From NCBI GenBank assembly GCA_964035575.1, contig OZ037834.1, positions 1,364,001 to 1,428,000 of the forward strand: a DNA stretch of 64,000 bases. The letters are read 5' to 3'. Under the pieces are notes generated by a model. That model saw only the letters and a list, made by a program, of their open reading frames with translations. It was not told where the DNA came from and searched no databases. Made by a program: the position numbers and the translations under genes. Source of the stretch: Rhynchopus sp. YZ270_cl-10. Taxonomy: Eukaryota. Numbering within the stretch: the first letter of the stretch is position 1; every line of letters starts with the position of its first letter. This document shows, piece by piece, positions 48,254 to 61,123 of the stretch.

Positions 48254-51200
48254 TCACTGGGTGGAAGAAAAAAAAAAGAATGTTTTTTTTAGATGAACCA
48301 AAGCCTCTCGTGCTTAGTCTGATTAGATCATTCTTTGGTTTATTCATCAGTCATTTGTTTTTATGTGTGGTATTGCTACTCGTAGGTGGCGGTTTGTTTT
48401 AAGCAAGGCTCTCGTGCTTAGTCACACACAAAAATGAATAAGATGGGATGTACTTCTTGTGTCCCACTATTTTCTTTTTTTTTAAATAGAATCTGACTTC
48501 AGGATATGACAAGTGAATAAAAAGAAAACGAAAAGAAAATCAATAATTTTTTTTTCCGTTTATCGCTCTGCAAATTTGTTGTGTTTTTTTCCCCGCTGTA
48601 TCAGTGTGTTGAGTGGTGGTGAAACAAATACTGGATGGAAAAAAAAAAAACACAATTTGCACACCTTCCGTCGATTCTATTTCCTCTTGACGATGCTTGG
48701 TACATTGTAACATAAATCAAAACGAATGTATCTCTTGTGCACATGCATCTTACAAAAAAACACCCCAAAAAAAACGACGAAGGTCCCCCTACTGGGGTAC
48801 AATGTCACCTTTTTTTGTCACAAAAAAAACTAAAAAAAAAAAAGAATCATATAAGCCAGAGGTGGAGGGACGGTGGAGGGATGGGGGAAAACACAAAAGG
48901 GGGAAAAAACCAAATATTACACGCCCATTGTTATCACAAAAAAAAGGGGGGTCTTTTTTGAATGATGGATCTAAGCTTTGGTCAGCTGACCCAGTTACAC
49001 AGCCAAACAAGTCCCCTGGAATTACCATCACACAATGTGGTGGGTACATCACGTATAACGCAAAAAAAAAAAAAAACCAAACGAGAGTTGAAATTCAGTT
49101 ATTTTTTGTTCTGTTTACGTTGTGCTCTCCTGTTTCATTTATGTTTTTTTTTTTTGTTCTTGTGTGTTTACTCAAAACAACAGTATTGTTTTGTTTGTTC
49201 AGCTAATAAAGGAGAGAGGGTGGAACACTGTATGCTTGTAGTGTTGTATGAGTGTTGCAGAGAATGATATTTTGTACATTTTTTTTTGTTTTTTTTGTTT
49301 TTTTTGAAAACTTGGTTGTATTAGTGTAGCCCCCCTAGAGTGTGCTCCACTATTTTTTTTTCCCCCTTACGGTTGGTGCTCGCAGACTCTAACATCAACT
49401 CGCCTTACGACCGCGCCCCTCCATGCGAAACTCACAGAGAGAGAGATAAAAAAAAAACCCTTTTTGAAAAAAAGAAAATTTGAAACAGTTAGTTCATATA
49501 CCTTCCCATCAAAGAAGAGAAAGTACAAGGTCTGAATGAAACATAAAACAAATATCAAATCAAAAAAATGGGGGCTCAAAAACAATCATCAACAGCCACA
49601 AGAGAGAAGAAAAAAGAGAGAGAGAGAAGTTGAAAGTGCAAAAACGCCCTTCATCGCTTCATCGGCGGACGCAGGCACTCCAAAAATGTCAGACAAACCT
49701 TCCCAGGAAAAGACGCAAAAAAAAGTATAAAAAAAAGAGGGAGAAGAGAAAAAGAGGCCTTATCACACACCATATTTAAAACACAGCAAATAGGGGGAAA
49801 GGGAGGGAAGGGGGAAGGGGGAAGGGGGAAGGGGGGAGACACTAAGCGGGAAATATGGGGGAGGGAGAGGGATACGTCAGAGAAGAAGGAAGAGAGACAC
49901 ACAGTACTCCCCCACCTCCCCCACCACACAGTTTCCCCTGACAACTTTTGTATCGTACTGGAAAAAAAAAAAATAATAATTCCTGTCTACGTTCTAAACG
50001 CAGATAATGAACAATATTTGAGACTTTCGAAAAAAAATGGAAAACAGTTTATAAGATGAATCTAAGCCTTTTGTGCTTATTCACCTTGATCACAATCGTT
50101 ACCGTAAAGCAAAATAAAAAGGGGTATAACCTCTTCGATGCTTTGCATTGTACCCTTTTAAGTGTGCAACAAAAACAAAGCGCGTGGTTGGTATTTAAAA
50201 TTTTAGGATCAAATGCCAGGAACAGGTTTGAGATGGGATGGAAAAATCAGAAAATCAGTTTTTTTTTTTTCTCTTTAGCACCCTAAACCCATACCCCATT
50301 CTCGTTAATACTCATTTTCAAAAAAATGGGTAACAACGAGAATGCGTATTAGGGTGTTGGGAGCAGCGAAGTTAACAATAATAAAGAAATATACCAGAGA
50401 GGCAAGAGTTACCTCCCAGCAGTATGTAGAAAACATGGTGTAAGTACCATATTTTTACATTCACTTTTATTTTTGAAAAACCTCAATTTTTTTTTTTAAA
50501 ATAAATAAATTTACAACGGAAAGCCACCCAGATGCCCACATTGTTTTAAAAAAGAAAAATAATGAAAGCAAGTGGTGGGATCCAAGGAAGTAACTGTACA
50601 TCATTTTAAAATATTTTCTTTTTTTTTTCCGAACACAAATTTGAATCTACATATCTGACAAAGACATGCAAAACTCCCACTAAAAATTAAAAGCTTTGAT
50701 AAGATGAAACCAGGCGTCACCTTTGAAAACTTCGATAATATCAATAAATAAAATGAAATTTGTAAGACGAATGTGCATCACGTGCACAAACACATCTAAA
50801 ACAAGAGACGTTGAAAATGCAAATGCCCCCACCAGTACATCGGCGGACGCATGTACTGCCCAAAACAAATATATATCGCCCCCCCCCCATACCCCCTCGT
50901 AATTCTGGGTTTTCATGAAACCTTTTTGCAGTTTCAGCAATTCGTTAAAGTCGACACTTCCTTTTCCTCAAAAAATAACATTTTATTAGTGTGAAATAAA
51001 ATTCTCATTGTTTCACGTCTCCCGGACTGAAGTCACACGTGGTTTATTTTCACGAGTGCAGCGAAGGGAAAATAATAAAAGTTGACAAAGTATTTTCAAC
51101 AGATGCATTCAATAAATTGATAGCATAGGTATAGGGATCAAAAAATGTTCCCAACTTTCTTCAAAAAAGCTGCGCCATTTTAACTCAGCAGAGTAGACCC

Positions 51201-52357
51201 TCACCCCCCCCCCCCCCCTAACCATAAAAAGGTGCTGAGATGATTGGAAGCCTTAGCTCAAATATTTTTTCTTGAAGTGACAAATGTACCTCCTGTACAC
51301 AATATTATTAAATTGTAAAAACGGTTCTTTTAGTGTAAGATAATCCTAAGCCTGACGTTCTTAGTCTCATGGTTACCCTCCTGAAAGAAGACCTGGTTGG
51401 AATGCAAACAGCTTGGTTCACATTTTCCTATAAGATGAACAGAAAGGGCACTCAAAAGGCTGCATAGCTTCAGTAAAAGCTGCCTTGCCTTTTTTTACGT
51501 TGCAAAATATAAAAAAAAAAAAAAATGGGAAAAATAAAAAATATCACACATAAAAGAAGTGCTCTGGTTTGTGACACATCTCCCCCAAAAGCGGGGGAAG
51601 GTAGTGTTCACACGACGTGCCAACTGGGTCACAAAGCACCGATATTCATATCAGATGCTGATAAAAGGCACCACTCGGGACGAAAAAAACCCCCGACGAA
51701 CCCAAACAGACCACACCACCAGGACTATCAAGTAAAAAAGAGGGGGAGGGGAGAGAGGAGAATAAATACACAAATGGGGAATATGGGGGAAACAAAGAAA
51801 GTTTGCAAGAATAAGGCCTAAGCCTCTCTGTGCTTAAGTCACCTTTAAATGAAACAAAAGAAAACGCTTGACATTATGGGCCCCACGGACTCATATAACG
51901 AAAAGAGAAAGATATTGTAGATGAAACCTAAACTCCAACTGTGTTTAGTCACTTTGAAAGAAACGTCGAATGCGCAACAAAAAAAAAAAAAAAAAAAAAA
52001 CGTCTGACTGGAACACCAGCGGACGCAAGAAACACATTGAGCGTCACTCATCTAAAAAAAAACAATAAAACAAAAATAGTTCTTGATGCACTCCTACCAT
52101 CCCCACTGTACGATGTCAGCCCCGGATAAAAGTACAAAAAAAAAGGGAAAATGGATAGTTCAAAAAAAAAAAAACGGTCTCTGAGACGCAGGACACTGAC
52201 GCTCCGTCGGGTCATCTAACCCCTGGAGTGTTGTGCGTGGGAGTTGCTTTAGGAAAAGTTGGTAAGATGACTTCCAGGCTGTAGTCACTTTGTAAAAATT
52301 TAAAATAAAATGAAATACACTCCAGGTATTTGATGATTTGAGCGCGTAAAGAAAATA

Positions 52358-52527
52358 GAAACTTAACACTCATCACACGATAAAACCCATGGGAGAGGTT
52401 GTGGTGAAACGCACACCCCTCGACCTGGTTTGGTGAGGCGTGGCTCTGCAGCGCGGTTCGTCCCTAGAACCGCGAGTGTGTTCAAAATGCTTTGTTTCTA
52501 TTTCCTCCTTCATTTCATGAGGTGACA
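52358..52527. repeat. ~165-bp dispersed repeat (also at 6707-6880 and 24498-24660)
   Basis: Three same-orientation copies of GAAACTTAACACTCATCACACG..CCCATGGGAGAGGTTGTGGTGAAACGCACAC..GTGTTCAAAATGCTTTGTTT..ATGAGGTG. Confidence 0.85.
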
Positions 52528-53661
52528 AAAGAAAAGTCTATAAGATGACCCTAAGCCTCTCATGCTTATTCACCTTAGAAAAGAGAACGGGATGGGATGA
52601 CCAACCCTATTGCTTTATTCTCAGAATCGAACAATGAAAAATGAAAAATGGGGAATCATTGAGAGAGAAAAAAAAAATTGAATCACTGATTCCGCCTATT
52701 TTCTGTTTTTTTTTAGCGGGCGGCTAGTTCACTTTTTTTTCTCCCAAGACCTTCGGGCCTCAATTACCCCCAACCCACATTCCCCTTCCTTATCTGAAGG
52801 GAGCTAGAAACCATACTTTTTTCTCTGTGTTTTTTTTTTTTTTTCTCTCTTTTCTCTTGCTAAATAAGGTGTGTATTTTCTTTGAGCACTTGAAAATGTG
52901 TGAAGGTGCAAATACCATACAAACTAGAAATCGTCGTAAAATCCGGTGTTCAAGGAAACACATGAATCCAGACGAGTTTGGTAGCGCAACATCAGACAAG
53001 AAAGGGAAAAAAAAAGGAAATCTAATTGTGAACATAAATTGCCCCCATTTAACTTTGTATTCTCAAATATACAGAAAATAAAATGCACCCACAGCAAAAA
53101 AAAAAAAAAAAATCCAAAACAATAACAAAAAAGAGGTCCAAATAAAGAAGGGTAAAAAAAGGGAGGGAAATTGAGTTTGACAAAAAAAAGGGGAAAGTTG
53201 CTAATGCAAACACGCCTCTGGGAACGCAGGCATTTTTTTTTTTTTTGACGCACTCTGGTGGGGTTATCAAACCCTCACCAGAGCGTCTTTTTTGTTTTTT
53301 GTCCTTTTTGCACTACGGGAGGCTGCTTACTGAAAATTATAGCAAGAAAAAAGTAGTTGAAATGTGCTAAAACGCAGCTCAGTCGAGCTCATGCAAAGAA
53401 AAAAAAATGTCAGAGGGGAAAATTCTGAGTTTTTTTTTTTTTGTGAACCGCTGAACTCAATTCTTGATTCTTCAGCAAACGAAAAAAAAATCCCCCCTTT
53501 CACCCCCCCGGTACCATCAAGACTCAGGAAGGTAGTAGGTAGAGGAGAAGAGATGGGGTGTAGTTCATTTTTTTTTTTTTTTTTGATAAATTGTTGGAGT
53601 AGTGTAGTTGCCTCGGGTTGTGTTGCCACAGTTGTGCAATCTCCACTGTTTTTTCTTCTTT

Positions 53662-53720
53662 TGGTGTTCCGGAGGGGGACTAATATTGACATATCCTTGA
53701 CAGGTGTTTCCGGAACACCA
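53662..53720. mobile_element. TGGTG..CACCA mini-element (59 bp), 5-bp TSD TCTTT
   Basis: TIR TGGTGTTCCGGA / TCCGGAACACCA, with TCTTT on both sides. Confidence 0.82.
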
Positions 53721-54372
53721 TCTTTTGCTCCTTGCAGACGTACTAATGCTGTGTCTGTTTTGTTTTCCCCCCTGTTCCCCGAATTGGACTTCACATAACC
53801 GAATGCATCTCTTTTTTTCATTGTAACCTACCGAGGTAGGCGCGACGCTGACTACACGGTAGTTATCGGTAGACGCGCCTCTTTTTAAAAAGACAAAGTT
53901 CTGTACAAAAAAAGGTAGGTTTTTTATGAAGTTTTTTGATGCCCTTCTTCTGTTTTTTTTGCAGGTTTCGGCCGCTCATCCTCAGATCTGCTAAAAAAGA
54001 AACCTCTAAAAAAAAAAGGGGGGGGAACGCCACAAAACACCGAAAGGTTAGGGACTGCTTTCACAGAACAAAAAAAAAAAAAAAATCAAAAAAGGAAGAG
54101 AATTTTTTTGGAAGATAGATAAAAAAAAAAAAACGTAATGGGCTTGAGGGTTGTTGTGTGTTCTGGGAAGGGAGGACCACTCATTTCTAAAATGGAGTGG
54201 GGTCAGGAATGGGGGAGTAAAATTTTTTTTTTTGAAAACTTGGTTGTATTAGTGTAGCCACCCTGGAGTGTGCTCCACTATACCAACCACTTTTACGTCA
54301 CCGCATATGAGCGCGATGATTATTTTTTTAAATTTTTTTTTGTCTGACAAGAAAAATAGAAAGTTGAACCTA

Positions 54373-54519
54373 CTTCGTGGTCCTCCTGAGTCCGCCAAAA
54401 AAAAATCCCACCAAGACCCCACCCGAGTCCCCTGAGACGGACTCGGGCGGACTCGAGACGGACTTTCAAAGTCCGCCATAGTCCGTCTCAACTCAGGCGG
54501 ACTCCGGCGGACCACGAAG
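54373..54519. mobile_element. TA-flanked MITE
   Basis: TIR CTTCGTGGTCC.CC / GGCGGACCACGAAG, TA flanks, internal GGCGGACTC repeats. Confidence 0.75.
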
Positions 54520-56756
54520 TATGACTGAATAATGAATTATGCCTCGCCCCGCAGACATATCTAAAAAAGGAGGGAACCCTGGAAGCATGCATCTTAGCCT
54601 CACATTACTGAGTCACCCTCCAAAAAAGAAAATTAAATGCAGTGGATAGAGGGTGAAGCCTTTATCGAAGAAAAAGGACAAAGGCTCTCGATGTCGATGA
54701 AAAAAAAAAGAAAAAATAAGTATTAGGCGAGGTGAACCTAAACCCCACGAAGGGCGGGAAGAAATGGTAAAGAGTAAACGTGAATGATGACTTTTGAGTC
54801 CTCGAAGACAAGTCTTTTCATGTTTGTTTTGTTTTGTTTTTTGCTAACCACAAGCTAACCAGAAGGTTAAAAAAAAAAAAAAATGTGCAAAATTAGGGGA
54901 AAAATTAGTAACAGTTGATGTTGGCATTCAAAAAAAAAAAAAAAAAATAGACTGTGCCTCTCTCTTACACAAATCTAAAAAGAAAAAAAAGGCAGCTTTT
55001 ATACGACAAAACAGAACCACAACATAACACAAAAAGAGAAGTTGACAGTGCAAAAAAAAAAAAAAACGCCTCACCCTTCATATCGGCAGGTACACAAAAT
55101 GGTTTGGTTATAAACATAACACAAAAAATCGTCAATGAAAATAATCAAAAAAAAAAAAATTCTGACTTGCATCCAGTTCCCTGACGATGTCCTATTGCAA
55201 ACAAATATTGCAAAACGCACTGACCTTTTATGCGAAAAATTTGTTGTCTGTTCCAATCCTTCCAGAATGCAGCAAACTGACAGACATTTCAATTATTTTA
55301 TATAATTTATATGAATACAAAGTATATGAAATAATTGAAATGTCAGTTTGTGTATGCCATTCAAGAGGAACTGAGGGACACCAAATTTAAGGCTTTTCAG
55401 CGGTCATCCAATTTTGATTTGAGCGAAGAACATCAGTGGGAACGTAGAAGGATGCGTATTTTGTATCTTTGTAGGATATGAGAACAAAAAGAACAAAGTG
55501 AAGTTGATAGTGCACAAACGCCTCTGAGACTCAGGCACTGACACTCCTCGGGTTATCGAACCCTGAGTGCTGTACTTCGGGATAATGAAAAAAAAATTGC
55601 AGATAAATTTACAAAACAAAAAATCTCGGTTGGATTAGTGTAGACCAACCCTAAAGAATCTCTGAACAGTATCCCATCGGGAATGATTCTAGTGTTAATT
55701 TATTTCCACTCCCATCGTGGGAAATAAATGAGAAAAAAAAAAGAGAGAAAAGTTGCAAGATGGATACGTCTCATGTACATACGCATCTATAACAAAATAG
55801 TAAGATGAACCTAAGCCTCTCTTCTCTGTGCTTAGTTCACCGAGAAAAGATAAAGTTTTTAGTCCGGTTTGCGTTTTTTTTTACCATTCCTTTTAGGGAA
55901 TGAAGCATTGTACAGTCCTGAAAGCTCCAAGAAAAATGGAGTCGGCGGATCCAAAGAGGAAGTTGCCTTTCCTAAACGTACACAGTGGCCAGTTTGAGTG
56001 GGACAGCGTCAAAATTTGACGTTATTTGGGACAGCATACGCTCTCCCTGTGACAGCAATTCTGAACCAGTATTATCGTCCGCTTTTGACGCTCTCCCACA
56101 TCAAACCGTCCACCGTGTACACACAACTGGCAAAAAAAAAAAAATGGGGGAGGTGTCGTCACTCACCTATATCATTGAAATACCATTGCTTTACCAATGG
56201 TACACTCCAATACTGTTGCCCCCCCTTTTTTTTGTTGCTTTGTCATTATCAAAAAATGACTTCAGTAAGAAGAAACAACTACATTGAGTTGGTGCACCTC
56301 ATTACCATACATGCAGAACAATTTTGTTTTTGTTTTTGTTTCCCTTTTTCAAATGAAAAAGAAAAGAAAAGAAAAACTTAAAATACGAATATGCCTCTGA
56401 TCCACAGGAAGAGAGGAATGTCACTACACACAAGAAGAAAAGTTTATAAGATTGCTTCATACTAACTATTCTACTGAAACATTTTTTTACTTTGTGTCGA
56501 TTGTTTGTTTCTGATAAGGTGATCCTAAGCTCTCCTGCTTAGTCACCTTAAAGAAAGACAGAAAACACAAGATCGCCAACACCTTCCTTCTCTTAAAACA
56601 AGGTGTTGGAAAAAAAAACGCAAAAAAGAAATTGCCTTTTCCCCTTCACTGACAAACGTTATTTTAATGATTGCAATCACAAAAAAAAAACTCGGTATTC
56701 GTGTTGGTTTTGCATATTTAGTGGAACAAAACATCCGAGGAAAATGAGTACTCTCA

Positions 56757-58108
56757 TGTACCGTTTTGGGCCGCTGTAATTGTGCTGTAATTGTGGTGTA
56801 ATTGTGGTGTAATTGTGGTGTAATTGTGGCGTGATTGTGCTCAGTTTTGGTCAGTTCTGCTCAGTTCTGCGTAAGTGTGTGTACGTGTGCGTAAGTGTAC
56901 GTAAGTGTACGTAAGTGTGCGTAAGTGTTGGTACTTGTGGGTACTTGTGGGTACGTGTGTGTAAGTGTGCAAAAACGGATTTTTTTGTTTTCTGCATGTT
57001 TCTCCTGCTCTCTTATCTTAAATTTAGTGCCCAATAATGCTGAAGGTCGGCCAACAAGACTTTGATAACATTTCTCTTAATATTGCACTTTTTTTGGCGT
57101 GGCTGCATAACCGATTCCCCGTGTTTCTACCAGTTGTCATGCCGGTTAGGGGGGCATTCATGTGTTGAAAAAAAAATTGTTTTCGTTGGTGAATCTTTTA
57201 AACGCCGGCATTTGCATTTCCGGAATCCGTCCGGCCAGTGATGGGGTCAATTTGCCGAAATGGACACGTTCTCGTTGTTGGTCAATTCCGCAGTATACAC
57301 AGTATACACAGTATACACAGTATACACAGTATACACAGTATACACAGTATACACAGTATACACAGTATACACAGTATACACAGTATACACAGTATACACA
57401 GTATACACAGTATACACAGTATACACAGTATACACAGGGGATTGGGAGTACAGTACAGTACAGTACAGTACAGTACAGTACAGTACAGTACAGTACAGTA
57501 CAGTACAGTACAGTACAGTACAGTACAGTACAGTACAGTACAGTACAGTACAGTACAGTACAGTACAGTACAGTACAGTACAGTACAGTACAGTACAGTA
57601 CAGTACAGTACAGTACAGTACAGTACAGTACAGTACAGTACAGTACAGTACAGTACAGTACAGTACAGTACAGTACAGTACAGTACAGTACAGTACAGTA
57701 CAGTACAGTACAGTACAGTACAGTACAGTACAGTACAGTACAGTACAGTACAGTACAGTACAGTACAGTACAGTACAGTACAGTACAGTACAGTACAGTA
57801 CAGTACAGTACAGTACAGTACAGTACAGTACAGTACAGTACAGTACAGTACAGTACAGTACAGTACAGTACAGTACAGTACAGAAGTCACTTACATGTGG
57901 TGGCATGCTTCCCTGTAGGGTGGTGTACCATTTTTTTCCCCAGCGTAATTTCGGTGTAATTGTGTGTAATTGTGGTGTAATTGTGGTTAGTTGTGGTTAG
58001 TTGTGTGTACTTGTGCTGAAACTGTACTGGAATTGTGCCTAATATAGGCACAGCTCAGGTGAGTATGGTGCTAGTTGTGCCCAGTAGTGTCATAGGCAAA
58101 ACGGTACA
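56757..58108. mobile_element. TGT..ACA TIR element carrying microsatellites
   Basis: TIR TGTACCGTTTTG / CAAAACGGTACA, with flanks CTCTCA / ATCTCA (6 bp, one mismatch). Subterminal GTAATTGTG arrays. A solo inverted copy of the left end lies at 42601-42678. Confidence 0.75.
57291..57883. repeat. (CAGTATACA)n (57291-57437) followed by (CAGTA)n (57447-57883)
   Basis: Perfect arrays, directly visible. Confidence 0.97.
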
Positions 58109-59307
58109 ATCTCACTACATTTTTGTTTTTTTTTGTTCTTTGTTTTATAAAAAAATTACTCCTCCTCCAGACAAAAAAAAAATGGAAGTCATTTGATGCG
58201 CCGAAGAATACTCTGATTCACATCTCACTCAAAGGGAAAGAGAAATGAGTGTGTTTTTTTTCCCCCATCAAACCACAACTAAAAGCAAAAAAAAATGGCG
58301 ATTTTTTTAAAAAAAAAGTATTAAACGCCTGGACAGACGCAGATACCGTCGTTTTTTTAGAAAAAAACAACCCAATTATATGCTTTTTAGGTGGTGAAGA
58401 GGACCCCCCAAAAAAAAGAGGGACAAAAAAAGAAATGCATTTTTTTTTGTCAGAGATCTTTATCTTGGCTTTTTTCCTGATACTTTTAGTGACAACCTTG
58501 TTTTTTTTCTTTTTCCCTTTTTTGTCTGGAGAGGTTTTTTTTTTCTCGTTTTCGCAGTGAAAGACATAATAAAAGGGGGGTTTTTTTATATTCTTTGACG
58601 CAACAGCATTTCTGGTGGTATATTCCGGGGGGTTAGATTTGCACGAAGATGTTTGTTCTCCTTCTTTTTCTCCTCTTCCTCTTCCTCCTGCTTGCTCCCT
58701 ATCAACACCCTCAAAGAAGGCAAACAGAAACCTCAGGAACAGAATCATTTTCGTATCCTCCGCAGGGCAAAAAGGAAATACCAAACCAGTTGCTTTTTGA
58801 AAAAGAATAATAAAATTGGAGTGTGGTCCAAAAAAAAAAAAACTCCCCGTTTAAAAGGTGGTACTCCGTTCCTTTTCTTTTATACGGCTCCTTTGTTCAC
58901 ACTCAGGTTAAGTGGTAAGGTATGCAACGCGAAAAGAGAGGGGGAACAATAATATTATTGAAATGTACCAAATAGTTGCTTTCTTTAGAACAGACAAAAA
59001 TACGTCTTAAAAAAAAAAAAAAAAAATGATGTAATTGGTATTCTCCGTTTGCTAAGGGAGATAGAAGAGGGAAAAAAAAATTTCATGAGATGAAGAACTT
59101 GGGGTGGCTGTAGAGGGATGATTCGCACTTCTTGCGTACTTTGTGCACCCTACCATTTCAGACCATACCATGAACCTAAGCCTCTTGTGGAATAAAATCT
59201 TGTGTTATTTGCATTTGTAAGACACAAGAGTTGTGACGGAATATCAAGGGAAAATCAATGAAAGTTTTTTTTTAAAAAAGAGAGAAAAACTGATGAATAA
59301 ACCTCAT

Positions 59308-59463
59308 TGGTGTGATCACCCAAACGGATTCTCCGTGGTTACCCCGTGGTTCTCCCGAAGGTGCTCCGCAAATCTTAGTATAGCCCGAAACAGTTCTCCG
59401 TGGTTCCCTCGTGGTTCTTCCGTGGATTGTCCGTGGGTTGTCCGTACCCCCTGAATCACACCA
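59308..59463. mobile_element. TGGTG..CACCA mini-element, 5-bp TSD CTCAT
   Basis: TIR TGGTGTGAT / ATCACACCA, CTCAT on both sides, internal CCGTGGTT repeats. Confidence 0.82.
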
Positions 59464-59700
59464 CTCATGTGGATTCACATCAAATCAAAAGAAAACACTA
59501 ATCAAGGTCAATAAAAAAATCGAAAAAAAAATGCATTTTAAAAAAAAGTTGAAAATGAGATGTCATTCGTGGACGATGACCGAAATAGATGTCCCTTAGT
59601 TTTAAAACGGGACCATAAAAAAAAAACAAGAATTTTTTTGAATGCACCATACATGGAACATTCTATTTTTCTCAAACAAAAAAAATAGAAGAAAAATTTT

Positions 59701-59737
59701 ATAAGATGAACCTAAGCCTCTCGTGCTTAGCCACCTT
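59701..59737 (-). repeat. Dispersed hairpin module A (representative copy of ~25)
   Basis: Minus-strand consensus AAGGTGACTAAGCACGAGAGGCTTAGGTTCATCTTAT. Copies are listed in the findings. Confidence 0.85.
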
Positions 59738-61092
59738 AAAAGGCAACCGTCTTCCATATCCCCTTTGGTAATAAAAGGGTGGAGGGGAAGCTTTTTAATA
59801 CTGAATCAAATTAAAACAAGAGGCTTGGTGGAAATGTCTCACTGGACATACACATCCAAAATATGATGGGGGGAGAGGTATGAATGGAGGGGGGGTACAT
59901 GTACTATGTTTTTAGGTATTTTTCAATAAAAAAAATATCATGTAGTTTTGACAAAATAGTGTAACACCAAAAAATAAAACTGAACGTGCATGACGTCACA
60001 GGTCAGCGTGACATGCCATAATGACATGGTAAAAACAATGACTTGTGCACATGTCATCGTTGACATGTACACATGTCATTTACACGTCACAATGAGTGTT
60101 CTTATGCGAAGAGATATAGAACCACTGAACGCTTCTCTTTTCTGGTTCCCCCTTTTTTTTTCTTGTGTTGCAACACTGTGATTAATAGGGAACTCATTTT
60201 GTTTTTGGTTTTTTTTATGAACAAATGGGATGGGGAAAAATGGGGGGATAAAAAACGACACCTTGTCCATCAGACAAAGGTGTTATTTTTTGCACCAAAT
60301 AATGACACAACCCTCCTAGAGGTTGCATTTTCCTTTTCTTTTTTTCTTTTGGTGACGTTACAGACTGCACACCTCATCATCTCCCCAGAGGGGATGGGTG
60401 TAGCAGAAGGTTGCTTTGAGATACAATAGAAAACGCTTCTGGTCTGACTTTTAAAAGAAAATGGAAAAAAAGAAAAGAGACAAGAAAACGGAACGAACAC
60501 ACAACAACAACAAAAAGAAAACTAGAGATGAATGTGTCGTACACACACATCAATAAAAAAAGGTTGAAAGATGAGTATGTCCCACCATGCATACACATCT
60601 TGGAAAAAAGGCTGCCAACATAAGCCTGGGAAGATGACTCAAAAAAACAAAATGAAATTTGGAAAAAAATAGGGGAAGTTTTCATGTGCGCAAACCAAAA
60701 TGGAAGTTAATTAATGTAGACACCTCCAGATGACCCACGTAAAGGAAAAAAAAAAAACCTCCCTTTTGTTGCCATTTTTCATTGGGTTTGATGCCATTTT
60801 TTATTTATTTTTTCAAAAAAAAAATAAATAAAAACGAACTTGAAAAAAAAACGCGATTCGACTCTGTGAGGTGGGTGTTGAAATGAGCAGAAGGTTTTTT
60901 CCAAGTTCGTTGTAAGTATTTTCGACATATGCAATCAAATTGATGGCATAGGAAGAAGAAAAAAAAGTGAAGTGAAGTTGATAGTGCAAACGCCTCTGGA
61001 ACGCATGCACTGAAAAAAACAATTGGAGTATTGAGAAGGATGAGAGATTCAAGGCGCAACTGTATGCAGATGCGTACACCGGAACTCTGCAC

Positions 61093-61123
<31 letters not shown>

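Noticed and set aside
53327..53821. 164-aa minus-strand ORF
   Set aside because: Runs through a TGGTG mini-element, a dispersed repeat and homopolymers; no domain recognised.
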